Assembly (NCBI GenBank): GCA_050173015.1
Contig: JBFXLE010000019.1
Location: 21,730-85,729, forward strand
Source: Calditrichaceae bacterium
GTDB lineage: Bacteria > Calditrichota > Calditrichia > Calditrichales > JBFXGD01
Direction: 5' to 3'
DNA: 64,000 nucleotides
Shown: positions 1 to 11,065 of the stretch, in pieces
How the letters are laid out: every line of letters begins with the position of its first letter
Position numbering within the stretch: position 1 is the first letter of the stretch
The notes under the pieces: model-generated
Told to the model about the DNA's origin: nothing
Databases searched by the model: none
The model's input: only the letters and a program-made list of their open reading frames with translations
Translations under genes and position numbers: made by a program

Positions 1-2
1 TC

Positions 3-554
3 CCTTCTTGACAATTTTTGTATAGCATTGGCAATCATTTCCTTACCCGTACCGGATTCTCCCAACACAAAAACGCTGGAATCTGAATCAGCTATTTCTT
101 CGATAAGATTAAATATTTCGAGCATGGATTTATGCTGGCCGATTATTCCCTGAAACTGGTAATTAGTCATCAGGCTTTTCTGCAGGTTTTCCAGGTAGGA
201 CATATCACGGAAAGAAACAACTCCGCCAATCGGTTTTTGATTTTCGTCTTTCAATATCGTAGCGTTCAGCTTTACAGTAAGAATTCTGCCACTGGCATGC
301 ATCAGCGCGCCTTCTAAATCAAATATATCTTCGCCGGTTTCGAGCACTCTCCCGATGGGACATTCTTCCATACAACGCTTTGAGTTAAATACGTTTTTAC
401 AATAATCCCCGATAACGCTTTCACGGCGGATCCCCAGAATTTTTTCCGCGGCGAGATTTAAACTGTTGATACGAAAGTCTTTGTCAACCGTAAACAGACC
501 TTCCGCGAGTGAATCTAAAATGACCTGTGTGAAGTTTGAATCAGAAATACTCAT
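3..554 (-). CDS. PAS-domain sigma-54-dependent transcriptional activator (NtrC/Fis family); runs off the left window edge
   Basis: Not in the ORF track. Manual translation from ATG at 554 gives MSISDSNFTQVILDSLAEGLFTVDKDF (PAS start), ...GGVVSFRD (PAS end), ...IIGQHKSM...VFVLGESGTGKEMIANAI (sigma54 AAA+ Walker A). No stop before the edge. Confidence 0.9.
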   Translation of the reverse strand, partial: MSISDSNFTQVILDSLAEGLFTVDKDFRINSLNLAAEKILGIRRESVIGDYCKNVFNSKRCMEECPIGRVLETGEDIFDLEGALMHASGRILTVKLNATILKDENQKPIGGVVSFRDMSYLENLQKSLMTNYQFQGIIGQHKSMLEIFNLIEEIADSDSSVFVLGESGTGKEMIANAIQKLSRR

Positions 555-588
555 TTCCCCTGCCCCGTTCCATACAATGAAACACTTA

Positions 589-605
589 TGAAAACAATTG
601 TTTCA
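589..605. promoter_or_regulatory. Palindromic candidate operator upstream of the sigma-54 activator gene
   Basis: TGAAAACAATTGTTTCA with perfect 12-bp core AAACAATTGTTT at 592-603, about 35-50 nt upstream of the ATG at 554. Confidence 0.3.
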
Positions 606-672
606 AAATAGCAACATTAGTAGTCAAAAGTCAAGTGAAATATTTCTTTTTATACGTATCCAGGTCATTTTT

Positions 673-987
673 CTATTTTATGACAACCGCGGTTCCATAC
701 ACAAGAATTTCAGCGGCATTTGCCATAATATATGAAGTGGAAATCCTTGTACCGACTACCGCGTTTGCTCCCATCTCTTGCGCCTGCTTCATCATTCTGT
801 CCAAGGACTGGTCTCTTGATTCCGCCATTAATTTTGTGTATTCCTCAATCTCCCCCCCGATAATATTTTTGAATACCGCGATCACATCGCGGCCTATGTT
901 TCTGGCGCGGATGGTATTGCCTCTCACTATGCCCAGCACGCTGACGATTTCTTTTCCCGGTATCTCATCGCTAGTCACACAAATCAT
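673..987 (-). CDS. YbjQ / UPF0145 family protein (putative heavy-metal-binding)
   Basis: 104 aa; LGIVRG...RD...IIGGEIEEYTKLM...GANAVVG...EILVYGTAV is typical of the family. Confidence 0.9.
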   Translation of the reverse strand: MICVTSDEIPGKEIVSVLGIVRGNTIRARNIGRDVIAVFKNIIGGEIEEYTKLMAESRDQSLDRMMKQAQEMGANAVVGTRISTSYIMANAAEILVYGTAVVIK

Positions 988-1445
988 CTCATGATCCTCC
1001 TGTAGATGTCCTTTTTTCTTGAGGTAATTTTTTCACGTATCACAGATACAATTAATATAATCATTCCGATAACAAAAACGCCGATTCCTGTTTTGAGAAG
1101 CAGCGGGATTTGGGTATCATTAAAAAATTCACTCAACGCCTCATATGCGACAAATCCAAGAATCAGGACGGCGCCGATTGAAATAAGCAGCCAGCTTATT
1201 CCCCTTTCAATCCTGTTGTAAATCGTTTCCCAATAACCGTCCCAGTAGTCTTCGGGATATTTGATACTTTTCATGATTTCTGTCTCCTTCTTCAAGTTCG
1301 AAAAAGAATCATATTGCAGTTTACAGGAGCCGCAATTCTCCAGATGTGAGCGAACACTGACAATCTGCTCCTGATCCAATTCATCATCAATCAGTCCCAT
1401 CAGCAAAGGCCTTATTTCTTCGCACGTCAGATTATTCTTCATCAC
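984..1445 (-). CDS. Zinc-finger (zf-HC2/ZAS) anti-sigma factor with two transmembrane helices
   Basis: N-terminal CEEI...LIDDEL...HLENCGSC (HxxxCxxC), two hydrophobic segments; overlaps both the sigma gene and ybjQ. Confidence 0.85.
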   Translation of the reverse strand: MMKNNLTCEEIRPLLMGLIDDELDQEQIVSVRSHLENCGSCKLQYDSFSNLKKETEIMKSIKYPEDYWDGYWETIYNRIERGISWLLISIGAVLILGFVAYEALSEFFNDTQIPLLLKTGIGVFVIGMIILIVSVIREKITSRKKDIYRRIMR

Positions 1446-1995
1446 TTAATAATCCTAAATTTTTTATTAGTTTTTTTCTCGCGTAATAAAGCCTGGACAT
1501 CACACTGCCGATCGGGATCTCTAAAGTTTCCGCTATCTCCCGGTAGCCCATTTCCTGAAATTCTTTTAGAATTACTATTTCTTTATCCCTTAGTTCAAGC
1601 ATGTTAATCGCGCGCCAAAGGAGCTGTTTCTTTTCATTTTCTTCATAAATCCAATCCGGTTTATCCGCGTCGTTTGAAAAATTGGTGTCAATGATCGATC
1701 CATCGGCTGACCGGTTAATTCTGTTTACCATTTCTGACTTTTTAAGATAATTAATGCTCAGATTCTTTATGATTTTATAAAGCCAGGTGTAAAAATTTTT
1801 TTCCGGATCCACTTTTTTCAGAGAACGGTAAGCGCGATAGAATGCTTCCTGGGAAATATCCATTGCTTCTTCAGAATTACCGGTCCAGGCAAGAGCAGCA
1901 TGATAAGCGCGCACCTTGTATTTTTCAACAAGGAACCTGTAACTTTCTTTCAATCCTTTCTGACAAGCCACAATGGCCTCCCGGTCTGTCGTCAT
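1432..1995 (-). CDS. ECF RNA polymerase sigma factor
   Basis: 187 aa; region 2 AMDISQEAFYRAY...FYTWLYKI; region 4 YREIAETLEIPIGSVMSRLYYAR. Confidence 0.95.
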   Translation of the reverse strand: MTTDREAIVACQKGLKESYRFLVEKYKVRAYHAALAWTGNSEEAMDISQEAFYRAYRSLKKVDPEKNFYTWLYKIIKNLSINYLKKSEMVNRINRSADGSIIDTNFSNDADKPDWIYEENEKKQLLWRAINMLELRDKEIVILKEFQEMGYREIAETLEIPIGSVMSRLYYARKKLIKNLGLLSDEE

Positions 1996-2016
1996 GAATC
2001 CCTTTCCGCGTTCTCA

Positions 2017-2050
2017 ATTATATATACATTCGAATATCCGGTTTATTCAA
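2017..2050 (-). promoter_or_regulatory. Candidate promoter of the ECF operon
   Basis: Minus strand: T-tract, then TTGAAT-N17-GTATATATAAT. Can be read as a sigma70-like or an ECF-like (GAAT...GTA) arrangement. Confidence 0.3.
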
Positions 2051-2334
2051 AAAAAATAATTACCGGATCTGTTTCCTTTATCTCACAAGACAAGTTATTC
2101 TGTTTTCATTGCTGAATCGTCCGCAGTTTAAGACCGGCTGCCGATTTATTTACTGCTACCGGAGTTTGATCACTGCTTTTGAAATGAAATTTTAAGTTTT
2201 ATTGTTGATAAATCTTATTATATTTTAATAATCAAAATTTCTTTAAATATTTTGGTTATAATATCGTTACAATTGCAGGATTTCTCAATCATACAAAAAT
2301 TAACCTGGAAAATTTATAAAAACGGAGTATTGTC

Positions 2335-3108
2335 ATGACATCACTAAAAAATAAAATTGTACTTATTACAGGAGCCACAAGCGGAATCGGCGAAGCCTGC
2401 GCGCGCGCCTTCGCAAAGGAAGGAAGCAATCTGATCCTCACCGGGCGTCGTAAGGAAAGGCTTGAGAAACTCTCAACAGAGTTAAAGAAAAATCATAATG
2501 TAAACTGCTTTCCGCTCTCATTTGACATCAGAGACAAATCAAAGGTATCTGAAAAGCTTTCCTCACTACCGGATGAATGGCAGTCAATCGATATTCTGGT
2601 CAATAATGCCGGACTCGCGAGAGGAGTAAACAAGGTATTCGAGATAGCGGCAGACGATTACGATGAGGTGATCGATACAAATATTAAGGGGTTGCTATAC
2701 GTCACCAGGGCTGTAGTTCCGGGTATGATAAAACGAAATAAAGGGCATGTGGTTAATCTTGGCTCCATTGCCGGTCACGAAGTTTATCCCGGAGGGAATG
2801 TGTACTGCGCCACAAAACACGCGGTTGACGCTCTTACGAAAGCTTTGCGTATCGAACTGGTTGAAACGCCCATCCGGGTATCAACCGTTGATCCGGGTCT
2901 GGTTGAAACAGAATTCAGTATGGTGCGGTTCCGTGGTGATAAAGACAAAGCCGAGTCCGTTTACAAAAATCTGACACCACTCAACGGTGATGATATTGCC
3001 GATGTCATCATATTTATCACATCACGTCCCGCGCATGTACAGATTGCTGAAGTCATTGTTTTCCCGACGGATCAGGCTTCGGCGAGTGTTGTGCACAGAA
3101 ATTCTTAG
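2335..3108 (+). CDS. Short-chain dehydrogenase/reductase, YdfG-like NADP-dependent
   Basis: TGATSGIG, LVNNAG, YCATK catalytic motif, PGLVETEFS; RBS GGAG upstream. Confidence 0.9.
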   Translation: MTSLKNKIVLITGATSGIGEACARAFAKEGSNLILTGRRKERLEKLSTELKKNHNVNCFPLSFDIRDKSKVSEKLSSLPDEWQSIDILVNNAGLARGVNKVFEIAADDYDEVIDTNIKGLLYVTRAVVPGMIKRNKGHVVNLGSIAGHEVYPGGNVYCATKHAVDALTKALRIELVETPIRVSTVDPGLVETEFSMVRFRGDKDKAESVYKNLTPLNGDDIADVIIFITSRPAHVQIAEVIVFPTDQASASVVHRNS

Positions 3109-3158
3109 CGCGGCAACCAGAGAAATAATAGCTTGAACTTATTTTTGCTTATATGTAA

Positions 3159-4493
<1,335 letters not shown>

Positions 4494-4502
4494 TATTAAT
4501 CA

Positions 4503-4532
4503 GCCCGGCTTCAAATCAACCGGAAGCCGGGC
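4503..4532 (+). terminator. GC-rich hairpin after eno (weak terminator or mRNA stabiliser)
   Basis: Perfect 10-bp stem GCCCGGCTTC / GAAGCCGGGC with a 10-nt loop; only a poor U-tract follows. Confidence 0.55.
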
Positions 4533-4547
4533 AATTTATAGAAGTAT

Positions 4548-4883
4548 ATGAAAAAAAACATTAAAAGAGTCACTTCCCGACGTAAAACGGGAAAGCAAAA
4601 ATTCGGTTCTGTGAACAGGAAATGGATATTTGGACTAGTCCTGGTCGGTCTCATTTATTTCTATTTCCTGCACGGTTCCCGGGGCACCATAGAATTTTAT
4701 CGTAATTACCGGGCAAAACAGGAACTTATGAATGAAATTGACGCATTGAAACAAAAGAAAGAAGAACTGCTGATCGAGAAAGCAAAATTGAATAATGATT
4801 CAGAGTATATCGAAAAAATAGCGCGTGAAAAATACAAGATGAAAAAAAAGGATGAAAAAGTATATCAGATTATAGTAAAGTAG
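4548..4883 (+). CDS. ftsB: Septum formation initiator FtsB/DivIC family
   Basis: Basic N-terminus, single TM, coiled coil, IEKIAREKYKM motif; classic eno-ftsB synteny. Confidence 0.88.
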   Translation: MKKNIKRVTSRRKTGKQKFGSVNRKWIFGLVLVGLIYFYFLHGSRGTIEFYRNYRAKQELMNEIDALKQKKEELLIEKAKLNNDSEYIEKIAREKYKMKKKDEKVYQIIVK

Positions 4884-4929
4884 TCTTAATTGTCGATCCT
4901 TTAAACGCCATTTACAAATAACGAATAAA

Positions 4930-6705
4930 TTGCATAGAACATCCTCAGTTTTATCAAAAAGCCGGAAATTACTTCTTCCGATACTATTTCTGACTCAGTT
5001 TTTATATGCCCAGACCGGTGACATCCCCATTCCTGAATGGACAACTGAATTCTCAAAGCAGAATACCACATGGAATTGGTTTGGCAAACTAAATTTATCG
5101 AACCCTGAAAAGAGCCTTTGGGAATGGAATGTCAGCGAATCATTTAACAGCAATCTGCTAATCCCGTCCGAAGGTAAAAAGCAATGGAAAGACGAGCATA
5201 AATTCGATGGATTTTATTATTACCCATTATCAGAACTAGATCTTGGAATTTACGGTAAAAGCTGGATCCAGAGTGACCGTCAGGTTTCCAGTGACAACCG
5301 GTTTGAAAATCATATTATCGGAGTGACCGCAAAGTTCGATAAAACACCCGGCTTCTCAATCAAGCCCTATTCAGGCTATCAGCAGTCTGTCAATCGTTCC
5401 AACACCGACTGGGGCTGGGATGCCGGTGTTCAGGGCACTTTGAACAATTATGAGCTTGGCGACTACCGGGCCAATCTGCAATTTGATTCGGATTATGACT
5501 TTTATAAATCACGTCAGAACTTTGAGAATCAGATCGGAATGCAGGTGGCGACCAGATTCAATAATTTCACCAGTGATTCTCTTAGCCTTTCATACAGTGA
5601 AACGAGCAAACAATATTACGGCGCCACTTCTTCTGATTTACTTCATCTAACGCTCTATAACCGCAGCATCGATAATCGTCTTGTGTACCGGTTATCATCG
5701 GGAAATCTGATCACTTTGGACACAAAGATTTTTTCAAAAAACATCTCAAGTGTAAGCAGCCGCGACGTGTTGCAATTTGAGAACCGGATCCGATTTTATC
5801 GCATCGGCCGTAAACTATCTTATAATTTATCCTTGTGGACGAACGATGAAACACAGGACAACACCGGTATCCGAACCGACAGCCGGACCCGTCAGACGGC
5901 GGTGGGTTTGCAAAGCTCTTATAAAATCGATCAGAACAACCATTTCAGCATTGACTTCGATTATGTTAAATTACAATACGACACGCCTGATTCCGTCAAT
6001 AATAATGACGACCGGGACGAACAGCGCTTTGTGATCCATCTTAATTACACACACCGGTTCAGCCCTCTGCTCGAAATGCGCTGGCAGGCTTATACCTATC
6101 TCTATCATCAGATTTATATTTTCAGGGAACAGAGCGCGAACAATAACTGGAACCGGGTCTTTCGTTTGAATCCTCAGGTTATTTATAAATACAATAACAC
6201 CACCAACACACTAAGTACCAGTGTTCAGGCAAACTATACCGTTTATGATTTCGATCCGAAATCTGAACAGATAAGAAGCTATATTTTTAGAAAGTACACC
6301 ATTTCTGATTCACTGATTACGCCTTTTTACAAAAAATTGAATATTGGTATTCATTCCCGACTCGAACTGGAAGAAAAAGGCAGCTTTTTTAAGGATGAGT
6401 TCGCGCAAAATAAAATTCAGTCACACCGATCCCAGTTTTTAAATATTTTTCTCTACCATGAGAAAATATTTCAGATGCGCGTAACCGCTGGATATTCGCT
6501 TTACGCCAGACAGGAGTGGAGACATGTCCCGGTGAAAAAAAAAGTCAGGGATATTATCAATCAGGGACCCTATCTGACATTGCTGTATCATCACTCGGAA
6601 AGACTTGATTTTTCGGCATATGCCGCCTTATCAACGCTTGATGACTCACAATCCGCAAAGACAAGTTACAGTACCGGACAAATCAAATTATATTACAATT
6701 TCTAA
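4930..6705 (+). CDS. Hypothetical secreted protein, probable outer-membrane beta-barrel
   Basis: Signal peptide (KSRKLLLPILFLTQFLYA|Q), many alternating amphipathic Tyr/Phe-rich strands, C-terminal QIKLYYNF ending in Phe. Confidence 0.65.
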   Translation: MHRTSSVLSKSRKLLLPILFLTQFLYAQTGDIPIPEWTTEFSKQNTTWNWFGKLNLSNPEKSLWEWNVSESFNSNLLIPSEGKKQWKDEHKFDGFYYYPLSELDLGIYGKSWIQSDRQVSSDNRFENHIIGVTAKFDKTPGFSIKPYSGYQQSVNRSNTDWGWDAGVQGTLNNYELGDYRANLQFDSDYDFYKSRQNFENQIGMQVATRFNNFTSDSLSLSYSETSKQYYGATSSDLLHLTLYNRSIDNRLVYRLSSGNLITLDTKIFSKNISSVSSRDVLQFENRIRFYRIGRKLSYNLSLWTNDETQDNTGIRTDSRTRQTAVGLQSSYKIDQNNHFSIDFDYVKLQYDTPDSVNNNDDRDEQRFVIHLNYTHRFSPLLEMRWQAYTYLYHQIYIFREQSANNNWNRVFRLNPQVIYKYNNTTNTLSTSVQANYTVYDFDPKSEQIRSYIFRKYTISDSLITPFYKKLNIGIHSRLELEEKGSFFKDEFAQNKIQSHRSQFLNIFLYHEKIFQMRVTAGYSLYARQEWRHVPVKKKVRDIINQGPYLTLLYHHSERLDFSAYAALSTLDDSQSAKTSYSTGQIKLYYNF

Positions 6706-6867
6706 ACCATACTGATGATCATTTCAGGAACAACTCTTGAATGATTCATGTTGTATCTGAAATAATATGTTGAATTTTCCGGACATCCGGAGATGACTGA
6801 GAATTTAGAGTTGATAAAAAACGGTGTCTGAAGTAAATTTTCTATTTTATCAGCTGGGAGTAAATGA

Positions 6868-9800
6868 ATGACAAAATTCAAACAGGCAAGCGTATTATTT
6901 TTTTTGATCTCTGTTTTTAGTATCAAAAACTTGCTCGCCGGCAGCATGGCCTATCCTGATTTCAGAATCATTGAAAGCACACAGCAATCAATGATTCTTG
7001 AGTGGGTACCGGGAAATTTTAACATTGATACGCTGATAACCGATTCGGGAACATGGCATTCCGTCTCATTTGATCAGGGTGACTATGGAATGACGCCGGG
7101 ATCGCCCGATCTCCCCCAGAGAAGAATTACAGTCGGAATACCTGTCTCGGGCTACGCGACCGTTGAGATCATGCATCTGGAATCATCAACTTTCCAGGGA
7201 ATCAATATGATTCCTGTTCCAAGAATTTATAAAGACAGCCGCGGTATCAATGTTCATGATCGCAATTACAAAGGTGAAAGTTATAAGTCCAACCAGGCAT
7301 TTCCGGATGAAATTATACAGCTGCAGGAACCCGCGAAATTCAGGGACAGTGATATTCAAAACATATCGATCGTTCCATTCCGGTACCAGGCGGCTCAGAA
7401 TTCACTAACTTTCATTAATAAGATCCGCCTGAAAATTGTATATCACGGTTCTGTGAATTTGCTTGGAAGCGCTTCGGGAAGAAGCGCGATTGATGCGGTT
7501 TACGACCAGCTTCTGATAAATTTTGATATTGCCCGAAACTGGCGCCAGGCTGTCGTAAAAAAGCTCGGAAAAGCCGCTGTAATGCCCACCGGTCCGTTTT
7601 ACCGCATGACCGTTGAAGCCGACGGGTTGTATAAAATTACCGCGTCAACATTAACTAATGCCGGTATAAATATCAGCGGCCTCAGCACTGCCTCAATTCA
7701 GATGTTCAACAATGGAGGACATACACTTAATTACCGCACCGACAGCTCCGAAAACAATCACCCGTTTACACAGGAAATCCCTATACTCGTCTTCGACCAG
7801 AATCAAAATGGCCTGTTTGACAGCGATGATTATTTGTTGTTTTACGGAAAAAGCCTGAACAGCTGGTTCTATAGCTCCGGTTCCAATGATTTTAGATACC
7901 AGAACCATCCCTATGCAAAGGTCAACTATTACTGGCTCAGCGCGTCCGGAACAAACGGCCTGAGAATGGAGCAACAAGTTCTGACCGATCAGCCCAACGC
8001 GGTTGAATCATCATTTTATTATGAGCGGTTTCATTTCGAAGAAGATAAATATAATCTTCTCGCGTCCGGCCCGGACTGGTACGGATTTCGTTTTTTTGGA
8101 AAATCGGCGGGTTATACCAATAACTTCTCAATCGACCCGGTAACTACTGCCGGAGCGATTCCATTTTTCAGGATCCAGCTAAAAGGAGGCTCCGGAATCA
8201 AATACGGAGATGATCTCGATCCGGATTACCGATATGAATTTACGGTTTTGGTCAACAATTTTATATTATTAAACAAAGTCGGTTTTACCAAACAGTCCCG
8301 CCGGAGTTATGAAACAATCATCACGGATCAATCATGGCTGAAAAGCGGGAATAACACGCTCTCTGTTCAGTATTCCGGCAATTATGACGGCTGTAATGCC
8401 TACCTTGATTGGTACGAGTTTTATTATCCTAAAAATTTTTCTGTTACTGAGAACCAGCTTAATTTTTACACACATATCACAAATCAGCCTGTCAGATACA
8501 AGCTCAGCAATTTCACACAAACCAGTGGGATTTATGCCTTTGACGTCACGGATCCGGTTTCTCCAAAATTGATACTTAACAACACCGTTCCTCAGGGTGG
8601 CGAGGTGCAATTTGATCTGCCCGCCTCCGCGAAGACGCAAAATATTCTTGTCAGCAATCTTACATCCGCCAAAATCAGACCAATTACGTCTCTAACTAAA
8701 TTTACGCCATCTGATAATCTTTTAAGTTCACTCAATCAGGCGGATTTTCTTATCATTACGGATAAATCGTTTTTGCCGTACGCTGAAGAAATATCGGAAC
8801 TCAGACAACATCTTACGAGCAAAACTGTTTCAACCGAGGATATCTTCTTCTATTTTAACAGCGGAGTATCAGATCCGACAGCCATCCGGAATTTTATCCG
8901 TTACGCGTATTATAACTGGAGCGGCGCGCAACCTTCGTTTGTGCTCTTGTTCGGCGACGGTCACTATGATTACAGGAATATATCGTTATCCGACTCAAAC
9001 CGTGTGATCCCTTTTGAAATTTATAATGACCACGAAATTGACAGCCGGACTTCTGACAATTATTACGTCGATGTCAATTACGCGTCAAATGACCGGTTTG
9101 ATTACATCACGCCGGATCTGGCAATCGGACGGTTACCCGTGGAAACCCATACCGATGCTGAACGTATGATCGAAAAATTGAAAAATTACGAACGCGATAT
9201 GGAGCGTGACGGATGGCAAACTGTCGCGACTTTTGTTGCGGATGATGAACTCACCACTCAATCCACGGGTGAATGGATCCATCAGTCTCAAACCGAAAAC
9301 CTGGCCACTCTTCCTGAATTATCACGATTTAACATCAAAAAAGTTTACTTATCGGCCTATCCTTCCGTTCCCGGAGGATTATACCGGATTAAACCGCAGG
9401 CCAATCAGGCGATCATTGATTATATGAATCAGGGCACCCTGCTCATCAACTATGTGGGACACGGATCTCCCGAAGTTTGGGCCCATGAAGATGTATTCAA
9501 CATGGGACGTGACCTGAACAGGATCAACAATGAAGACAGGCTCACCTTTTTGATCGCGGCAACCTGCGATTTCGGGAAATATGACGATCCCCATGAACCC
9601 AGCTTTTCGGAAGCGCTGATCTGGAAAAAAAACAGCGGCGCTATCGGTGTACTCGCTTCGACGCGACTCGTCTATTCAGGCCAGAATGCGGCTTTTAATG
9701 AAAGATTTTATAAGTTTTTATTTCCGAATAGTCAGCCATCCGTTGAATTAGGGATTGCCAAACTACTCGCCACATATTCCGGTGTCAATGACCAGAAGTA

Positions 9801-10869
9801 TCACCTTTTTGCCGATCCAACCATGAAACTTGCCGACCCCCGGGAGAATATCCAGATTACAACGATAACTCCGGATACGCTGAAGGCGTTGAGTAAAATA
9901 GAAGTGACCGGAAATATTCTAAAAAACAATCAGATTAACAGCGGGTTTGACGGTGATGCCGTCCTTATTGTCAACGATGCCAGATACGATTCTGTCACAA
10001 CGGGAGGCGGACTTTACTATACACTTGGAGGACCGTTATTGTTCAAAGGTGAAGTTTCTGTCAACAAGGGTTCATTTACCGGGCAATTTATCGTACCGAA
10101 ATCAATCCGTTATCAGAAAAAACCAACCGGAAGAATCACCGTTTACGCATCCGACGGAACGACAATGAACACAGCCATAGGTTACAACGATACTCTTCTC
10201 ATTAATGGCTCATCCTCAAATATTTCAGATGATAAAGGACCATTTATTGATTTGTATTTTAAAGATCAGGAGAATTTTTCTTCGGGTGACCTCGTCGCCC
10301 AAAATCCTGTTCTGCTGGCAAAACTTGAAGATGACAACGGCATCAACATGACGGGACAGGTGGGTCATAACATCTCTTTACAAATTGACGCTGAAAATCC
10401 AAGAGATATTTCCGGATTTTTTGTCTATGAAAAAGACAGCTATAAAAAGGGAATTATTACCTATCCGTTGAGTTCTCTCAAACCGGGGACACATGAACTG
10501 AAGATAACCGCGTTTGATAATTTGAACAACCCATCGGATGAAAACATTCATTTTGACATCGCCGAAAGCGCTCAACTTACTATTACAGATGTGATCAATT
10601 ACCCAAACCCGTTCCGTGGAGAGACCGATTTCACATTTCAGACGAATCTTAGCGGCGCGGATGTTAAAATAAAAATTTACACCATCAGCGGGCGAATCAT
10701 CCAGGAAATAAACGGCAATCTGACGGTTCCCGGATACAATCAAATTTCATGGGACGGACGGGACCGCGATGGCGATGAACTTGCCAACGGAGTATATCTT
10801 TATAAAATTATTCTAAAGTATGACGGCTCGACAAAAGAAGTTATTGAAAAGATGGTTGTGCTCAAATAA
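6868..10869 (+). CDS. porU: Peptidase C25 (gingipain fold), type IX secretion sortase PorU-like, with C-terminal sorting/FlgD-Ig domain
   Basis: 1333 aa; signal peptide, propeptide-like N-region, LLFGDG, IGRLP, catalytic His in NYVGHG and Cys in ATCDFG, C-terminal NYPNPF...IYTISGR...WDGRD...NGVYLY. Confidence 0.85.
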   Translation: MTKFKQASVLFFLISVFSIKNLLAGSMAYPDFRIIESTQQSMILEWVPGNFNIDTLITDSGTWHSVSFDQGDYGMTPGSPDLPQRRITVGIPVSGYATVEIMHLESSTFQGINMIPVPRIYKDSRGINVHDRNYKGESYKSNQAFPDEIIQLQEPAKFRDSDIQNISIVPFRYQAAQNSLTFINKIRLKIVYHGSVNLLGSASGRSAIDAVYDQLLINFDIARNWRQAVVKKLGKAAVMPTGPFYRMTVEADGLYKITASTLTNAGINISGLSTASIQMFNNGGHTLNYRTDSSENNHPFTQEIPILVFDQNQNGLFDSDDYLLFYGKSLNSWFYSSGSNDFRYQNHPYAKVNYYWLSASGTNGLRMEQQVLTDQPNAVESSFYYERFHFEEDKYNLLASGPDWYGFRFFGKSAGYTNNFSIDPVTTAGAIPFFRIQLKGGSGIKYGDDLDPDYRYEFTVLVNNFILLNKVGFTKQSRRSYETIITDQSWLKSGNNTLSVQYSGNYDGCNAYLDWYEFYYPKNFSVTENQLNFYTHITNQPVRYKLSNFTQTSGIYAFDVTDPVSPKLILNNTVPQGGEVQFDLPASAKTQNILVSNLTSAKIRPITSLTKFTPSDNLLSSLNQADFLIITDKSFLPYAEEISELRQHLTSKTVSTEDIFFYFNSGVSDPTAIRNFIRYAYYNWSGAQPSFVLLFGDGHYDYRNISLSDSNRVIPFEIYNDHEIDSRTSDNYYVDVNYASNDRFDYITPDLAIGRLPVETHTDAERMIEKLKNYERDMERDGWQTVATFVADDELTTQSTGEWIHQSQTENLATLPELSRFNIKKVYLSAYPSVPGGLYRIKPQANQAIIDYMNQGTLLINYVGHGSPEVWAHEDVFNMGRDLNRINNEDRLTFLIAATCDFGKYDDPHEPSFSEALIWKKNSGAIGVLASTRLVYSGQNAAFNERFYKFLFPNSQPSVELGIAKLLATYSGVNDQKYHLFADPTMKLADPRENIQITTITPDTLKALSKIEVTGNILKNNQINSGFDGDAVLIVNDARYDSVTTGGGLYYTLGGPLLFKGEVSVNKGSFTGQFIVPKSIRYQKKPTGRITVYASDGTTMNTAIGYNDTLLINGSSSNISDDKGPFIDLYFKDQENFSSGDLVAQNPVLLAKLEDDNGINMTGQVGHNISLQIDAENPRDISGFFVYEKDSYKKGIITYPLSSLKPGTHELKITAFDNLNNPSDENIHFDIAESAQLTITDVINYPNPFRGETDFTFQTNLSGADVKIKIYTISGRIIQEINGNLTVPGYNQISWDGRDRDGDELANGVYLYKIILKYDGSTKEVIEKMVVLK

Positions 10870-11065
10870 TAGGTGAAGAGATTGCCGGATAATCCCGTTA
10901 TTGGCAAATAAAAACTTATCGTTCCTAAGGGTAAAAATAAATTGCGCTTGAGTATTTAATGTAAAGCAATGAAGTAGATTTCCGACTCCGCTATCGCATC
11001 CAAATTAATTTCAAGTTGATAATCAAACATGATACTATTACCGCAAGTCAATCATAATATCTTAA

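Noticed and set aside
2110-2180. GC-richer patch between the ECF operon and the SDR resembling a c-di-GMP riboswitch
   Set aside because: The conserved GEMM elements are not present in the right order on either strand; only a weak mismatched hairpin forms.
6868-10869. Gingipain virulence protease
   Set aside because: Length and domain layout match PorU-type sortases; no haemagglutinin/adhesin repeats are visible.
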